A stretch of DNA of 64,000 nt from Candidatus Dormiibacterota bacterium (GTDB lineage Bacteria; Chloroflexota; Dormibacteria; Aeolococcales; Aeolococcaceae), in contig OY970355.1 in assembly GCA_963718525.1 (NCBI GenBank), positions 1,159,397 through 1,223,396 of the forward strand, in the 5' to 3' direction. The notes beneath the pieces were generated by a model. That model saw nothing but the letters and a program-made list of their open reading frames with translations. It was not told the origin of the DNA and searched no databases. This document shows, piece after piece, positions 46,873 to 57,041 of this stretch. Within the stretch, counting starts at the first letter, position 1; each line of letters begins with the position of its first letter. A program made the translations under genes and the position numbers.

Positions 46873-48141
46873 ATGTCCACCTCAGACGCCGGGGAGCCAG
46901 CCGCCGATTCGGTCCGGCTGGCACTGGGCGAGATCCTGCATCGCCCGCTCATCGACAGTGCTGGGGGCCGGCTCGGCCGGGTGGATGACGTCATCGCTCG
47001 TTTCGCCGAGGGCGGCTACCCGCCTATAACCGGTCTGGTCGGGCGCATTGCAGGGCGGAAGCTGTTCATCCCTCGCGACCGCATCGCCTCGATGAAGCCA
47101 GGGAGCGTGCAGCTGGCGGGCGAGGATCTCAACCTCGCCCATTTCGAACGGCGCCAGGGTGAGGTCCTGCTCGGTGAGGACGTTCTCGGCCGGCGCCTCA
47201 TCAGCGTCGACGCCGGCAGGCTGGTCGTGGCCCACGACATCGTCCTCCGGCAGGAGGGTTCGAGGTGGGTCGTCGCAGGTGTCGATACCCGGCCCCGCGG
47301 TTGGCGCGGACGCCTCCTGGGCGGGGGAGGCGACAGCCGGGGATTCGTGGACTGGGCCGCGGTTGAACCGTTCGTCGGGCACGTGCCGTCGTCACGGCTG
47401 CTGATGCCATTGCGCCGTCTGCGCCGTCTGCACCCCGCGCAGATCGCCGACCTCGTCGAGGCGGCATCGCATGACGAAGGTGAGGAGATCATCTCGGCCG
47501 TGCACGGAGACCCGGAGTTGGAAGCCGACGTCTTTGAAGAGCTCAACACCGAGCACCAGGTGGAATTCCTCCGCGACAAGTCGGATGCCGAAGCTGCAGC
47601 CGTGCTGGCCGAGATGGGACCGGATGATGCCGCCGACCTGGTCACCGAGCTCGATCAACCGCGACGGGCGCCGATCCTGTCGTTGCTCCCACCGTCGCAG
47701 CAGGCGAAGGTTCGCGCGCTGCTCAGCTATGGGCAGAGCAGCGCAGGCGGGCTGATGAGCCCGGACTTCGTGTCGGTCGGGCCTGACGCAACCGTCGCGG
47801 ATGCGCTGGCTGCAGTGTGCACCGCCGACGTCCTCCCCCAGGTCGTCGCCGATGTCTTCATCCTCGACGACGGACGTCTCGCCGGATCGGTGCCGCTCAT
47901 CGAGTTGCTTCGCGCCGACGGCGCCCAACGGATCTCGGATCTCGTCGAGCACAGCAACGCGTCGGTGCACGTCGACGATGACTTTCCCGAGGTCGCCCGG
48001 CGCATGGCCGACTTCAACCTCACGGTCGTCGCGGTCCTCGACGATGAGAACCGGGTGATCGGGGTCATCACCGTCGACGACGTGCTTGAGGCCATGCTGC
48101 CCAACTCATGGCGGCGACGAGCCGAGGCGGACGGCGACTGA
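46873..48141 (+). CDS. Soluble PRC-barrel + MgtE-N + CBS-pair protein (no membrane domain)
   Basis: N-terminal PRC-barrel-like repeats, an MgtE_N region (...DVFEELNTEHQVEFLRDKSDAEAAAVLAEMGPDDAADLVTEL...), then CBS pairs. The ORF ends with no TM helices. Confidence 0.7.
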   Translation: MSTSDAGEPAADSVRLALGEILHRPLIDSAGGRLGRVDDVIARFAEGGYPPITGLVGRIAGRKLFIPRDRIASMKPGSVQLAGEDLNLAHFERRQGEVLLGEDVLGRRLISVDAGRLVVAHDIVLRQEGSRWVVAGVDTRPRGWRGRLLGGGGDSRGFVDWAAVEPFVGHVPSSRLLMPLRRLRRLHPAQIADLVEAASHDEGEEIISAVHGDPELEADVFEELNTEHQVEFLRDKSDAEAAAVLAEMGPDDAADLVTELDQPRRAPILSLLPPSQQAKVRALLSYGQSSAGGLMSPDFVSVGPDATVADALAAVCTADVLPQVVADVFILDDGRLAGSVPLIELLRADGAQRISDLVEHSNASVHVDDDFPEVARRMADFNLTVVAVLDDENRVIGVITVDDVLEAMLPNSWRRRAEADGD

Positions 48142-48349
48142 ACCTCGGGCCATCGGTCCAGGTGCGGTTGTACACTTCATATACGGCAACCGTGTTTTTG
48201 GAGTGGATTCACCAGCACATGGACGGCGGCGAGAGTCCCCAGTCCCGGCAACTCACGGACCGGCCCGCAGCGAGGTAGCGAACCAGTCGTGACCTCCTGA
48301 GCGGAAAGGCCCGCTCAGTCTTGCCGTCATCGACGGTGGGAGGTCCGAC

Positions 48350-49996
48350 TTGGCGAAGGAGAAGGCTCGCAAGGCTGACGCCAGCGTGGCGCGCGGCAAT
48401 ACAGCGGTCCTTGATGCCGCACACCTCGGAGACATCCGCGGCGCGTTCGGCACCATTCCCGAGCACGAGACCAACGCGCCGCGCACATGGCGGCGTCGCC
48501 TCCTTGCGCTCGCGGTGATCATGGGTCCCGGCCTCATCGTGATGGTCGGCGACAACGACGCCGGAGGCGTCTCGACGTACGCGCAGGCCGGGCAGAACTA
48601 TGGGACGACCCTGCTCTGGACCCTGGTGTTCCTCATCCCGGTGCTCATCGTCAACCAGGAGATGGTGGTGCGCCTCGGCGCTGTCACCGGAGTCGGACAC
48701 GGCCGGCTGATCTTCGAGCGTTTCGGCCGTTTCTGGGGCTGGTTTGCGGTTGGGGATCTGTTCATCCTCAACTTCCTCACCATAGCGACGGAGTTCATCG
48801 GAATCTCGCTCGGCGCCGCGTACTTCGGGGTGTCGCCTTACCTTGCGGTGCCGCTCGCGGGGCTGCTGCTCATCGGGATCACCGTCACCGGTCGTTTCGA
48901 GACCTGGGAACGCCTGATGTTCGTGATCCTCTTCGGCAACCTGCTGATCATCCCGCTGGTGATCCTCAGCCATCCCAACGTGGGTCACGTTGTCCACGAC
49001 CTTGTGATCCCGGGAATGAAAGGTGGTCTGACGTCGAACGGCGTGCTGCTCATCATCGCCATCGTCGGTACCACCGTCGCGCCCTGGCAGCTGTTCTTCC
49101 AGCAATCCAATGTCGTCGACAAGCGCATCACGCCGCGATGGATCCCATACGAGCGAGCCGACACCGTGATCGGCGCGTTCGTCGTCGTCATCGGCGCGAC
49201 GGCGATCATGGTGACAACGGCCTTCGCGTTCCAGAACACTCCGCTCGCGGGACATTTCGTCGACGCGGGAACGGTTGCGACCGGCATCGCGTCGCGCCTC
49301 GGATCAGCGGCCGGAGCGCTGTTCGCGATCCTGCTCATCGACGCATCGATCATCGGCGCAAGTGCTGTAACGCTCGCGACCTCGTATGCGTTCGGCGATA
49401 CCTTCGGTATCAGGCACTCGCTGCACCGCCCGTGGCGGGAGGCCAAGCCCTTCTACGCGTCCTACACCGTGCTGGTGGTCCTTGCGGCTGGGCTCACACT
49501 CACCCCGAACGCCCCGCTTGGGCTCATCACCACTGCGGTGCAGGCACTCGCCGGTGTGCTGCTTCCGAGCGCGAGCCTCTTCTTGCTGCTCCTGTGCAAT
49601 GACCGTGACGTGCTCGGACCGTGGGTGAACCGCACGTGGTTGAACATCGTCGCGACCCTGATTCTCGGAATGCTGGTGATGCTGTCGCTCATCCTGGTCA
49701 TCACCACCGTGTTCTCGTCGGCGAACGTTCCGCTGCTGCTGGCCGTGCTTTCGGGCGTGATGCTGGCGGGGCTGGTGGAAGTCACCGTGTTCACGACCCG
49801 CGTAGGGCGCGCCAGCCGGACGGACACGCTGTCGCGCGAGGACCGCGAGACGTGGCGCATGCCACCGCTGGCACTGTTGACGCGACCCGAGCCGTCGCGG
49901 AGCCGGCTCGTCGCGCTGTACTCAATGCGCGGCTATCTCGTGGTCGCGGTGCTGCTCCTCCTCGTCAAAGCGGTGCAGTTGGGTACTGGGCACTAG
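48350..49996 (+). CDS. mntH: Nramp-family divalent metal (Mn2+/Fe2+) transporter
   Basis: ...GPGLIVMVGDNDAGGVSTYAQAGQNYG... Nramp signature (DPGN-like motif), 11 TM. Confidence 0.9.
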   Translation: MAKEKARKADASVARGNTAVLDAAHLGDIRGAFGTIPEHETNAPRTWRRRLLALAVIMGPGLIVMVGDNDAGGVSTYAQAGQNYGTTLLWTLVFLIPVLIVNQEMVVRLGAVTGVGHGRLIFERFGRFWGWFAVGDLFILNFLTIATEFIGISLGAAYFGVSPYLAVPLAGLLLIGITVTGRFETWERLMFVILFGNLLIIPLVILSHPNVGHVVHDLVIPGMKGGLTSNGVLLIIAIVGTTVAPWQLFFQQSNVVDKRITPRWIPYERADTVIGAFVVVIGATAIMVTTAFAFQNTPLAGHFVDAGTVATGIASRLGSAAGALFAILLIDASIIGASAVTLATSYAFGDTFGIRHSLHRPWREAKPFYASYTVLVVLAAGLTLTPNAPLGLITTAVQALAGVLLPSASLFLLLLCNDRDVLGPWVNRTWLNIVATLILGMLVMLSLILVITTVFSSANVPLLLAVLSGVMLAGLVEVTVFTTRVGRASRTDTLSREDRETWRMPPLALLTRPEPSRSRLVALYSMRGYLVVAVLLLLVKAVQLGTGH

Positions 49997-50735
49997 CCGC
50001 GATCGGCACCCGATTGAACGGCGTGACGCAGGGGCGGCCGGGCGCATGCTCGTACACAACACGATCAGTCCCGGCGATCACCATCGACGCCGACACCGTC
50101 CCGTATATGTCGCCATGGATGCATGCGGCATCAGCCGGCGAATCGCTCGCCGACGTGTGATCGCGGAGGATGGCGCGCAGCCCGTTCAGCGTCGCCTCGG
50201 CATCGTTGCCCGGGGTCAGGGCTCGGTCCATCGCCTCTCGAAGCATGGCGACCTTCGCACTGCGGACGTCATCGACATCGCGCGTCGTCAGCACATGGAG
50301 TCCCGGATCGAGGTCGACCACGCGGACCGGACCGGAGTCGTCGACGTGGGCCGCGACGGCTCGCTCGGCGCTGAGCCAGAGCACGTTGACCGGGTTGTAT
50401 CGACCTGGACCCAGGCCGGCGAGGCGGCTGGGAACGTCGTCGGGGTCCCTCGTGAGCATCGCGACCGGGATCTCGCCCCTGGATCGGCGCGAGGGATCGG
50501 GCGCCCCAGGCGCGCCCTCACCAGGGTGCCTGTTGGTGACCGCGCAGACGCTGCCACCGGCGCCGACCGCGAGCCATGTCCCACCGGCCGTCAGGTCCCG
50601 GCCACCAAGGATCAGCGGGCTCTCCGACAGCACCCCCGGCGGAGCACTAGGACGGGCGATCAGCTCATCTCGATTCGCCGCAAGCACGATCGGCGTCCCC
50701 GGGTGGCACCGCCAGGCCAGGAGGATCGTGCACAC
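49965..50735 (-). CDS. NRDE family protein (DUF833/TANGO2-like)
   Basis: VCTILLAWRCHPGTPIVLAANRDE. GTG start 50735. Confidence 0.7.
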   Translation of the reverse strand: MCTILLAWRCHPGTPIVLAANRDELIARPSAPPGVLSESPLILGGRDLTAGGTWLAVGAGGSVCAVTNRHPGEGAPGAPDPSRRSRGEIPVAMLTRDPDDVPSRLAGLGPGRYNPVNVLWLSAERAVAAHVDDSGPVRVVDLDPGLHVLTTRDVDDVRSAKVAMLREAMDRALTPGNDAEATLNGLRAILRDHTSASDSPADAACIHGDIYGTVSASMVIAGTDRVVYEHAPGRPCVTPFNRVPIAASAQYPTAPL

Positions 50736-50861
50736 CGGTCGAATCGTATGCGGACACGCAACTCTGTTGTGAACTCTGTAAACGCGACCTCGCGACGCCG
50801 TGACGACCCGCCGACTTCCAACTCGTCGGGGCGGTATTAAGACCAAAGTTGGAACACGTCA

Positions 50862-51626
50862 ATGAATGCAAACGTCATCAGCCGGCTGACGACCCGGGGG
50901 CGTGCGAGAAGCCTCGCCGCCATCGCGCTGCTTCCGGGCGCCTTCGCACTCATGCTGGCAGGGGCTTCAAGTGCGGCTGCGGCCGGCAACCCCACGCCGG
51001 CGCCATCGCCCACGGCGACGACATTGTCGGCACAGTCCCCGAGCGTCTGTCACCACGGAACCAGGCCGGACGGTTCGTGCTGCCCGAGACGGCAACCCTG
51101 CACGTCCCCGTCGCCCAGCCCAACACCGTCGCCCACCCCAACACCGTCGCCCACGGCTACCCCCACTGCAACTCCGAGCCCAACCGGTGCCGGCAAGAAC
51201 GGCGGCAACGGGAATGGAGGGGGCGGCTCGACGCCCACGCCGGCGCCGACTGCCACCCCAGCCCCAACCGGCACTCCGGCGCCGACCTCCAAGCCGGCGA
51301 CGACCCCGGCAACATCTGGCGGCAGCCACTCCGACGGTGACGGTACCTCCGGGAGCGGGGCCACGGGCGGCTCCCAAGCCACCCGGGCTCAGGCGCCAGC
51401 CGATCCCACGCCGTTTGCGCCGCTTGCCAGCACGGTGACCGTGGCGACGTCCGGGCAGAGCCTCGACGCGGCCCGGATCCCGCCGGTTGAGGCGCTCACC
51501 CCGCTGAGCGGGCTCGAGTTCGGCAACGGCCTGAACCTCGGACCGCTCCTGCCCCTCATCGACCTGATCGGGATCGGCCTGCTCGTCTACCTGGTCCGTA
51601 CTCGCTGGCTCGCGCCCGAAGCCTGA
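50862..51626 (+). CDS. Secreted or surface-anchored Pro/Thr/Ser-rich low-complexity protein
   Basis: Signal peptide, PSPTPTPS repeats, Gly-rich stretch, C-terminal hydrophobic anchor [17 protein letters not shown]. Confidence 0.6.
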   Translation: MNANVISRLTTRGRARSLAAIALLPGAFALMLAGASSAAAAGNPTPAPSPTATTLSAQSPSVCHHGTRPDGSCCPRRQPCTSPSPSPTPSPTPTPSPTATPTATPSPTGAGKNGGNGNGGGGSTPTPAPTATPAPTGTPAPTSKPATTPATSGGSHSDGDGTSGSGATGGSQATRAQAPADPTPFAPLASTVTVATSGQSLDAARIPPVEALTPLSGLEFGNGLNLGPLLPLIDLIGIGLLVYLVRTRWLAPEA

Positions 51627-52381
51627 CCGACAGCGACGGGCCCGGCGCCTTGGCCGATCCCCTCGAGCCCCTGATCGATGGCCGCCGCGGTCACTGCAGC
51701 TGCACGACGTGCCGCCTCTGCGAGCGGGGTGCCGCGCGCGAGCTCGGCGGCAAGCGTCGCCGAGTGCGTGCAGCCCGTACCGTGCGTCGCTGTCCCGCCC
51801 ACCCAGACGACGGGGATCTCGAGGTACTCGATGCCGTCGAACAGGAGGTCTGAGCCTTCGCCCTCACCGCCGGTGATCACCACGGCGCGGGCGCCTCGAG
51901 CAACGATTCGCGCGGCCAGCGCCCGGCGATCGCCGTCGCCGCCGGCCAGAACCCGAGCCTCCGCGAGATTCGGGGTCACCACGGTGGCGAGCGGCAGCAG
52001 CGACTCGATCAGCACCTCAACCGCCTCGGGGTCGAGGAGCGACGCCCCGATGCTGGCTCGGATGACGGGGTCGACGACGAGCGGGGTCGGATGGCGTCCG
52101 AGGAACTCGGCGACCGTGACGATGACATCCGCCGAGAGCAGGGCGCCGGTCTTTACGGCGTCGACGCCGATGTCGTCATACACGGCCTGGAGTTGCGCCG
52201 CGATCACCCAGGTTGGCAGCGCGTAGGTCGCAACGATCTCTCGGGTGTTCTGTGCGGTGACACCGACAATCGCGGTCATCCCGTGACAGCCGGCGGCTGC
52301 AAAGGCCTTCAGGTCCGCCTGGATCCCGGCGCCACCGCCTGAATCCGAGGTGGCGATCGACAGGCAACGCGGTGGTGTCAC
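51587..52381 (-). CDS. thiD: Hydroxymethylpyrimidine/phosphomethylpyrimidine kinase
   Basis: [32 protein letters not shown]..., ...[17 protein letters not shown]. Confidence 0.9.
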   Translation of the reverse strand: MTPPRCLSIATSDSGGGAGIQADLKAFAAAGCHGMTAIVGVTAQNTREIVATYALPTWVIAAQLQAVYDDIGVDAVKTGALLSADVIVTVAEFLGRHPTPLVVDPVIRASIGASLLDPEAVEVLIESLLPLATVVTPNLAEARVLAGGDGDRRALAARIVARGARAVVITGGEGEGSDLLFDGIEYLEIPVVWVGGTATHGTGCTHSATLAAELARGTPLAEAARRAAAVTAAAIDQGLEGIGQGAGPVAVGQASGASQRVRTR

Positions 52382-52412
52382 CCGCCCATCGTAGATGGAG
52401 CCGGCTGCCGGC

Positions 52413-54266
52413 TCAGCCCGCGGCCTGGCGTGCGGGCTCGGGGATGCGCGCGATCACCGGTGTCCGAGCGGTCTCGTCGAAGACCACGAAGCGGTTCTTG
52501 CCCTGACGCTTGGCGAGATACATTGCCATGTCGGCTCGGCGCATCAATTCCTCGGGTTCCGGAGCGTCGGCGGCATCCTCCACGACCGCAACGCCCACGC
52601 TCGCCCCGATCGTCACCATGGCGTCGCCCATGGGAATCGGCCGATGGAGAGTGTCGATGATGCGTTGGGCGACCACGGCCGCGTCGCTGAAATGGCGCAT
52701 GCCGTCGAGGAGCATGCCGAACTCGTCGCCGCCGATGCGCGCGGCCAGGTCGAGCTTGCGGACCTGGACGCGGAGCCGCGCCGCGACGGCGCTGAGCACC
52801 CGATCGCCGACGGCGTGCCCGAAGTTGTCGTTGATCTCCTTGAAGCCATCGAGGTCGATGAACATCACCGCGATCGGGCGCTGCGAGCTCGCCATTTGGG
52901 ACAGCGACGTCGCGACCGTCTCGATGAAGAGCGACCGGTTCGCGATCTGGGTGAGCGGGTCGTAGAAAGCGCGGCGCGCGAGCTCAGCCTTCTCGACGGA
53001 CATCGCCCTGATCGCCTCGGCGAGCTGACCGTTTTCGAGGGCGACGCTGATCAGACCGGCGACCGTGGTGAGCAGGCTCTCTTCGTGGGCTCCGAGCTTG
53101 ACCCCACGTGCGGGATTGAGCAGCAGCAGCATGCCCTGGGGGCCCTCGAGTCCGCGGAGCACGACAACCGTGCCGGCTGTCGCAGCCCGTTCGGCGAGCG
53201 CAAGGCCGAGCGACTGGTCCCTCGCTAACGAACCGCTCAGGATGGCGGTGGAGCGCAGCTCGTTGAGCAGCTCCTGCTCGGCGAACGTCAGCTCGGATGT
53301 GGTCGCCTGGGCGCGCTCGTCATCGCCGCTCGAGTTGAAACGCACCGCCGGGCCGCGCACCTCAGGGATGACCACGAGCTCGGCGCGCTCAACGCCGAAC
53401 ATCTTCGTGATGCCGTTCAACAGCTCGTCGGCACGCTCGCTGACCTGACGAGCCGAGTGCAGGATCTCCGTGGTGCGATACAGGAACTCATTGCGGTCGG
53501 CGCGGCGATGACTTTCGCCGGCGGCGATCTGCCCTGCGAGCACGAGGAGCACGGGCGGAACCAGTGCAAATGCGAGCACCGGCTGGACCGTCAGGATCAG
53601 CACCGCCACGATCCCGAGCGACGCGTTCGTCGTGGTCGCGATCACCTGGAACAGATAGGCCCGCATCACCTCGCCGGCATTGAATCGGCCCTGGGCGATC
53701 GTGGTCCCGACGTTGAGCGCAATCGGATACACGAGCCACCCGGCGGCGATCATCGCCGCGGCGAACGCGACGATGCTGTGCACCGCGAGTGGCTGGTTGG
53801 CGACCGGTCCCACCGCGTTGAAGACGAGGACGGCGACGCCGATGTAGACGACGTCCAGGGCGGCGTTGGCGAAATCCTTGACCCAGCGGATTCGCCGCTC
53901 CCGCGTCCAGCTGGCGAGCAGCACGCCGGCGACGTAGCAGCCGAGCAGCTGGTGCGGGTCGATGAGGAACAGGCCCATCGCAACGGGGATCTCCGTCAGC
54001 GAGAGCGTCGAGACCTCCCGATGGACGCGCACTCGGACGAACAGCAGGCTGGTCACATAGCACGTGGCCAGCTCAGCCCACCATGGAATCGCGCTCAGGG
54101 TCGTGATGCGCTGGACGTCGCGCAGCGGCAGCATCCACAGCGCAGCGCCGATGAGCCCGAGGCCGATCGAGAAGACGACAAGGCGTCGGGGACCGTTGAG
54201 GCGGCCGAAATGGGCGCGCGCTCGTGCGACGAGAACCGGTGGATGCGCCACCGTCATCTCGCTCAT
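52413..54266 (-). CDS. Membrane-bound GGDEF-domain diguanylate cyclase with a GAF-like middle domain
   Basis: N-terminal ~7 TM. C-terminal ...FIDLDGFKEINDNFGHAVGDRVL...RIGGDEFGML (GGDEF). Confidence 0.85.
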   Translation of the reverse strand: MSEMTVAHPPVLVARARAHFGRLNGPRRLVVFSIGLGLIGAALWMLPLRDVQRITTLSAIPWWAELATCYVTSLLFVRVRVHREVSTLSLTEIPVAMGLFLIDPHQLLGCYVAGVLLASWTRERRIRWVKDFANAALDVVYIGVAVLVFNAVGPVANQPLAVHSIVAFAAAMIAAGWLVYPIALNVGTTIAQGRFNAGEVMRAYLFQVIATTTNASLGIVAVLILTVQPVLAFALVPPVLLVLAGQIAAGESHRRADRNEFLYRTTEILHSARQVSERADELLNGITKMFGVERAELVVIPEVRGPAVRFNSSGDDERAQATTSELTFAEQELLNELRSTAILSGSLARDQSLGLALAERAATAGTVVVLRGLEGPQGMLLLLNPARGVKLGAHEESLLTTVAGLISVALENGQLAEAIRAMSVEKAELARRAFYDPLTQIANRSLFIETVATSLSQMASSQRPIAVMFIDLDGFKEINDNFGHAVGDRVLSAVAARLRVQVRKLDLAARIGGDEFGMLLDGMRHFSDAAVVAQRIIDTLHRPIPMGDAMVTIGASVGVAVVEDAADAPEPEELMRRADMAMYLAKRQGKNRFVVFDETARTPVIARIPEPARQAAG

Positions 54267-54482
54267 GTCACGTCACGACGCGGCTGTCCCCTGAACACTG
54301 TGCTGACCTCCTGTCACGTCCGCGATCAGCCCCCCATGACCGGCCGCTCGATTGTGTCGCGGCATCGCACCGCGGCCGTCCACGGGAGCGTCACAGCGTG
54401 GTAACGAGACCGGAACAGCGCTGTCAGACCTGAATTGCCCATTGGCCGCGATCTGTCCCGTGCCGCGCCATAGCCTCGTGAC

Positions 54483-54959
54483 ATGACAATCACAGACGAC
54501 CGTACCCCGGTCCCCGCACCCAGCGCCGCGCCGCCATCCTACGTTCGCCGGCACCCGATACTCACGGCGTTCGGCGTGCTCTCCGGGCTCTCATTGTTCT
54601 CGGCGCTCTGGCCGGTGAGTGCAGTGGTGGTCGCCGTCGCGGTGGCGGGCCATGCGACCGGATTGGATCGCACGGCGCTGCGTCTCGTCGAGCGGCTCGC
54701 CACTCGAATCAGCGAGTCGGCATACCACCGCGATCACCCCGAACCGGCTCCCGCCCCACCTGTGCCGACGGCACCGGAGCCGGCTGCGCCTGCACCTTCA
54801 GCCCCTCGACGCGAGGCGCACACGCCAGCGGCGCCGTCACCGCAGCTGCGCCGGGGTCGTCATGCACAGACGCCCGCTGCACACCGACCGGTCAGGACCC
54901 GACGCCCCGCGACTCCCGAGCGCCACGCCGGCTCGAGGATGGACGGGCTCGGACTCTGA
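54483..54959 (+). CDS. Hypothetical Pro/Ala-rich membrane protein
   Basis: 158-aa ORF with two hydrophobic helices. Confidence 0.4.
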   Translation: MTITDDRTPVPAPSAAPPSYVRRHPILTAFGVLSGLSLFSALWPVSAVVVAVAVAGHATGLDRTALRLVERLATRISESAYHRDHPEPAPAPPVPTAPEPAAPAPSAPRREAHTPAAPSPQLRRGRHAQTPAAHRPVRTRRPATPERHAGSRMDGLGL

Positions 54960-54971
54960 CCCGCGAATGAC

Positions 54972-56405
54972 TCACCCGAGACGGGCGCGCGCCGCACGCA
55001 GCCGTTGCAGCGTCGTGTCCTTTCCCAGAAACGCCATAGCCTCGATGACCGGCAATCCAGCGGGTGAGCCCAGGATGGCGATATACAGCACGCGGAAGGC
55101 GTCGCGAGGCTTGACGCCCGACCTCTCGGCCGCTCCGCGAAGCCGCTCGAGCATCGCGTCGTGGTTCTCGAGCAACCCCTCCTCGACGACCTCGATGCAG
55201 GCATCGATCATCGCCATCGCGGTGGTGCGATCGATCTTCTTCGGAGGGAACTCGGCGGTCGGATCGATGCTGACCTCGCCGAGCAGCGGCGCGCAGAGTT
55301 GTGTCGCGTCGGCGAGGGTCACCATCCGATCGCGGAGCAGCGGCACCAACGCGCGTCGGGTCTCCTTGCTCGTACCAGGAAGGTGATACTCGAGCGCCTC
55401 GATCAGCTCGTCGACGCTCATGCGACGGATGTGGATTCCATTCAGGTCGTCGAGTCGCTTCGGGTCGAAGATGGCCGGCGCGGCGTTGACGCGGTCGAGG
55501 GTGAACCGCTCGACCAACTCGTCGAGCGTGAACACCTCCTGTCCGTCGCCTGATGACCAGCCGAGGAGTGCGATCGTGTTGACGATCGCCGCGGGCAGGT
55601 AGCCGAGCTCGCCGTACTCGAGGACGTTGCGGGCCCCGCGACGCTTGCTGAGCTTTTGATGATCCGGCCCGAGCACCGCGGGAACGTGCGCGAATCGCGG
55701 GGCATCCCAGCCGAACGCCGCATACAGCGCCAGGTGTTTCGGCGTCGATGGGATCCATTCGTCGGAGCGGATCACGTGGGTGATCTCCATGAGGTGATCG
55801 TCGACGACGACGGCGAGGTGATACGTCGGAAACCCGTCGGACTTGAGCAGGACCTGGTCGTCGATGTCGGCGTTCTCGAAGCTCACGTGGCCGCGGACCA
55901 GGTCATCCCACGCGGTGGTGCCATCCGGCATCCGGAGTCGCACCACGGCGGCCATCCCGTTGGCTCGCTCCAGCGCCACCTCCGCCTGCCGCGTGAGGCA
56001 CCGGCGGTCGTAACGGGTCGCCTCCGAGCGTGCGCGTTGCGCGTCGCGCATGGCGGCGAGGCGTACCGGCGTGCACGTGCACCAGTAGGCGTGGCCGTTT
56101 TCGACGAGCCTGTCCGCGTGCTCGCGGTACGTGGCGATCCGCAGCGACTGGATGTACGGGGCGTGCGGACCTTCGACCTCGGGTCCCTCATCCCAGGTGA
56201 GCCCCAGCCAGCTGAGGGTCTCGAGGATGAGCGCCTCGGTCCCGGGGATGTAGCGTTCCTGGTCGGTATCCTCGATCCGCAGGATGAAGTTGCCGCCGTC
56301 GTGCCGGGCGGCGAGCCACGCGAACAGGGCCGTGCGAACAGACCCGAAATGCAACGCGCCGGTTGGTGATGGCGCGAAACGGGTGCGAACCCGCGCGTCC
56401 GGCAC
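54972..56405 (-). CDS. gltX: Glutamate–tRNA ligase
   Basis: VRTRFAPSPTGALHFGSVRTALF (HIGH-class motif), ...KLSKRRG (KMSKS). Confidence 0.95.
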   Translation of the reverse strand: MPDARVRTRFAPSPTGALHFGSVRTALFAWLAARHDGGNFILRIEDTDQERYIPGTEALILETLSWLGLTWDEGPEVEGPHAPYIQSLRIATYREHADRLVENGHAYWCTCTPVRLAAMRDAQRARSEATRYDRRCLTRQAEVALERANGMAAVVRLRMPDGTTAWDDLVRGHVSFENADIDDQVLLKSDGFPTYHLAVVVDDHLMEITHVIRSDEWIPSTPKHLALYAAFGWDAPRFAHVPAVLGPDHQKLSKRRGARNVLEYGELGYLPAAIVNTIALLGWSSGDGQEVFTLDELVERFTLDRVNAAPAIFDPKRLDDLNGIHIRRMSVDELIEALEYHLPGTSKETRRALVPLLRDRMVTLADATQLCAPLLGEVSIDPTAEFPPKKIDRTTAMAMIDACIEVVEEGLLENHDAMLERLRGAAERSGVKPRDAFRVLYIAILGSPAGLPVIEAMAFLGKDTTLQRLRAARARLG

Positions 56406-56415
56406 TAGGACAAGC

Positions 56416-56874
56416 TCAGTGCGGCGCGAAGAGCACGAGCGTCAGGATCGTCCATGCGAGCAACCCGACGATGAGCATCGGCGCGTCGAGGTTCGAGACC
56501 ACCACCGACATCACTCGCGGCGATCCCCCGCCGCTCGGCGAGGTGGCGGCGTCACCGACTCGGACAACCCCGGGCGGCTTGCCGACGTCGGCCATCCCCC
56601 AGGGCGGAGGTGGCGCGAGTGGCGTGCCCCGAGGTGTGATGTGCACCTCCTCGTCCTGACGGCGCAGCTTTTCCTCGTACAGGATGCCGGCGATCAGGAA
56701 CGTCCCAAGACCGCCCGTCGCCACGCCCATCGCAATCAGGATGATGCCGAGCGCGGTGTTGAGGTAATCGTTGTAGACGTGGCCGCCGAGCAGGTCGAGA
56801 ATCCCCCCGACAATCAGCGCGAGCGCAACCAGGCCGAAGCCCACCGTCTTGCCGACAATCTCCCGGATTGGCAT
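56416..56874 (-). CDS. Hypothetical membrane protein
   Basis: 152 aa, 3–4 TM helices. Confidence 0.5.
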   Translation of the reverse strand: MPIREIVGKTVGFGLVALALIVGGILDLLGGHVYNDYLNTALGIILIAMGVATGGLGTFLIAGILYEEKLRRQDEEVHITPRGTPLAPPPPWGMADVGKPPGVVRVGDAATSPSGGGSPRVMSVVVSNLDAPMLIVGLLAWTILTLVLFAPH

Positions 56875-56952
56875 GCCGGGAGTATACCGGCGTGCTGAGT
56901 TCGATTCGCGGCGGGTGTCGTGCCACCGCTCGAACCTAAGATTGGCGGTCGC

Positions 56953-57024
56953 GCCCGCATCGTCTAGCGGTCAGGACACCACCCTTTCAAGGTGGTAACC
57001 GGGGTTCGACTCCCCGTGCGGGTA
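56953..57024 (+). tRNA. tRNA-Glu (anticodon TTC)
   Basis: GCCCGCATCGTCTAGCGGTCAGGACACCACCCTTTCAAGGTGGTAACCGGGGTTCGACTCCCCGTGCGGGTA. Anticodon loop CTTTCAA. Confidence 0.85.
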
Positions 57025-57041
57025 CGCTGATCGCGCCAACG

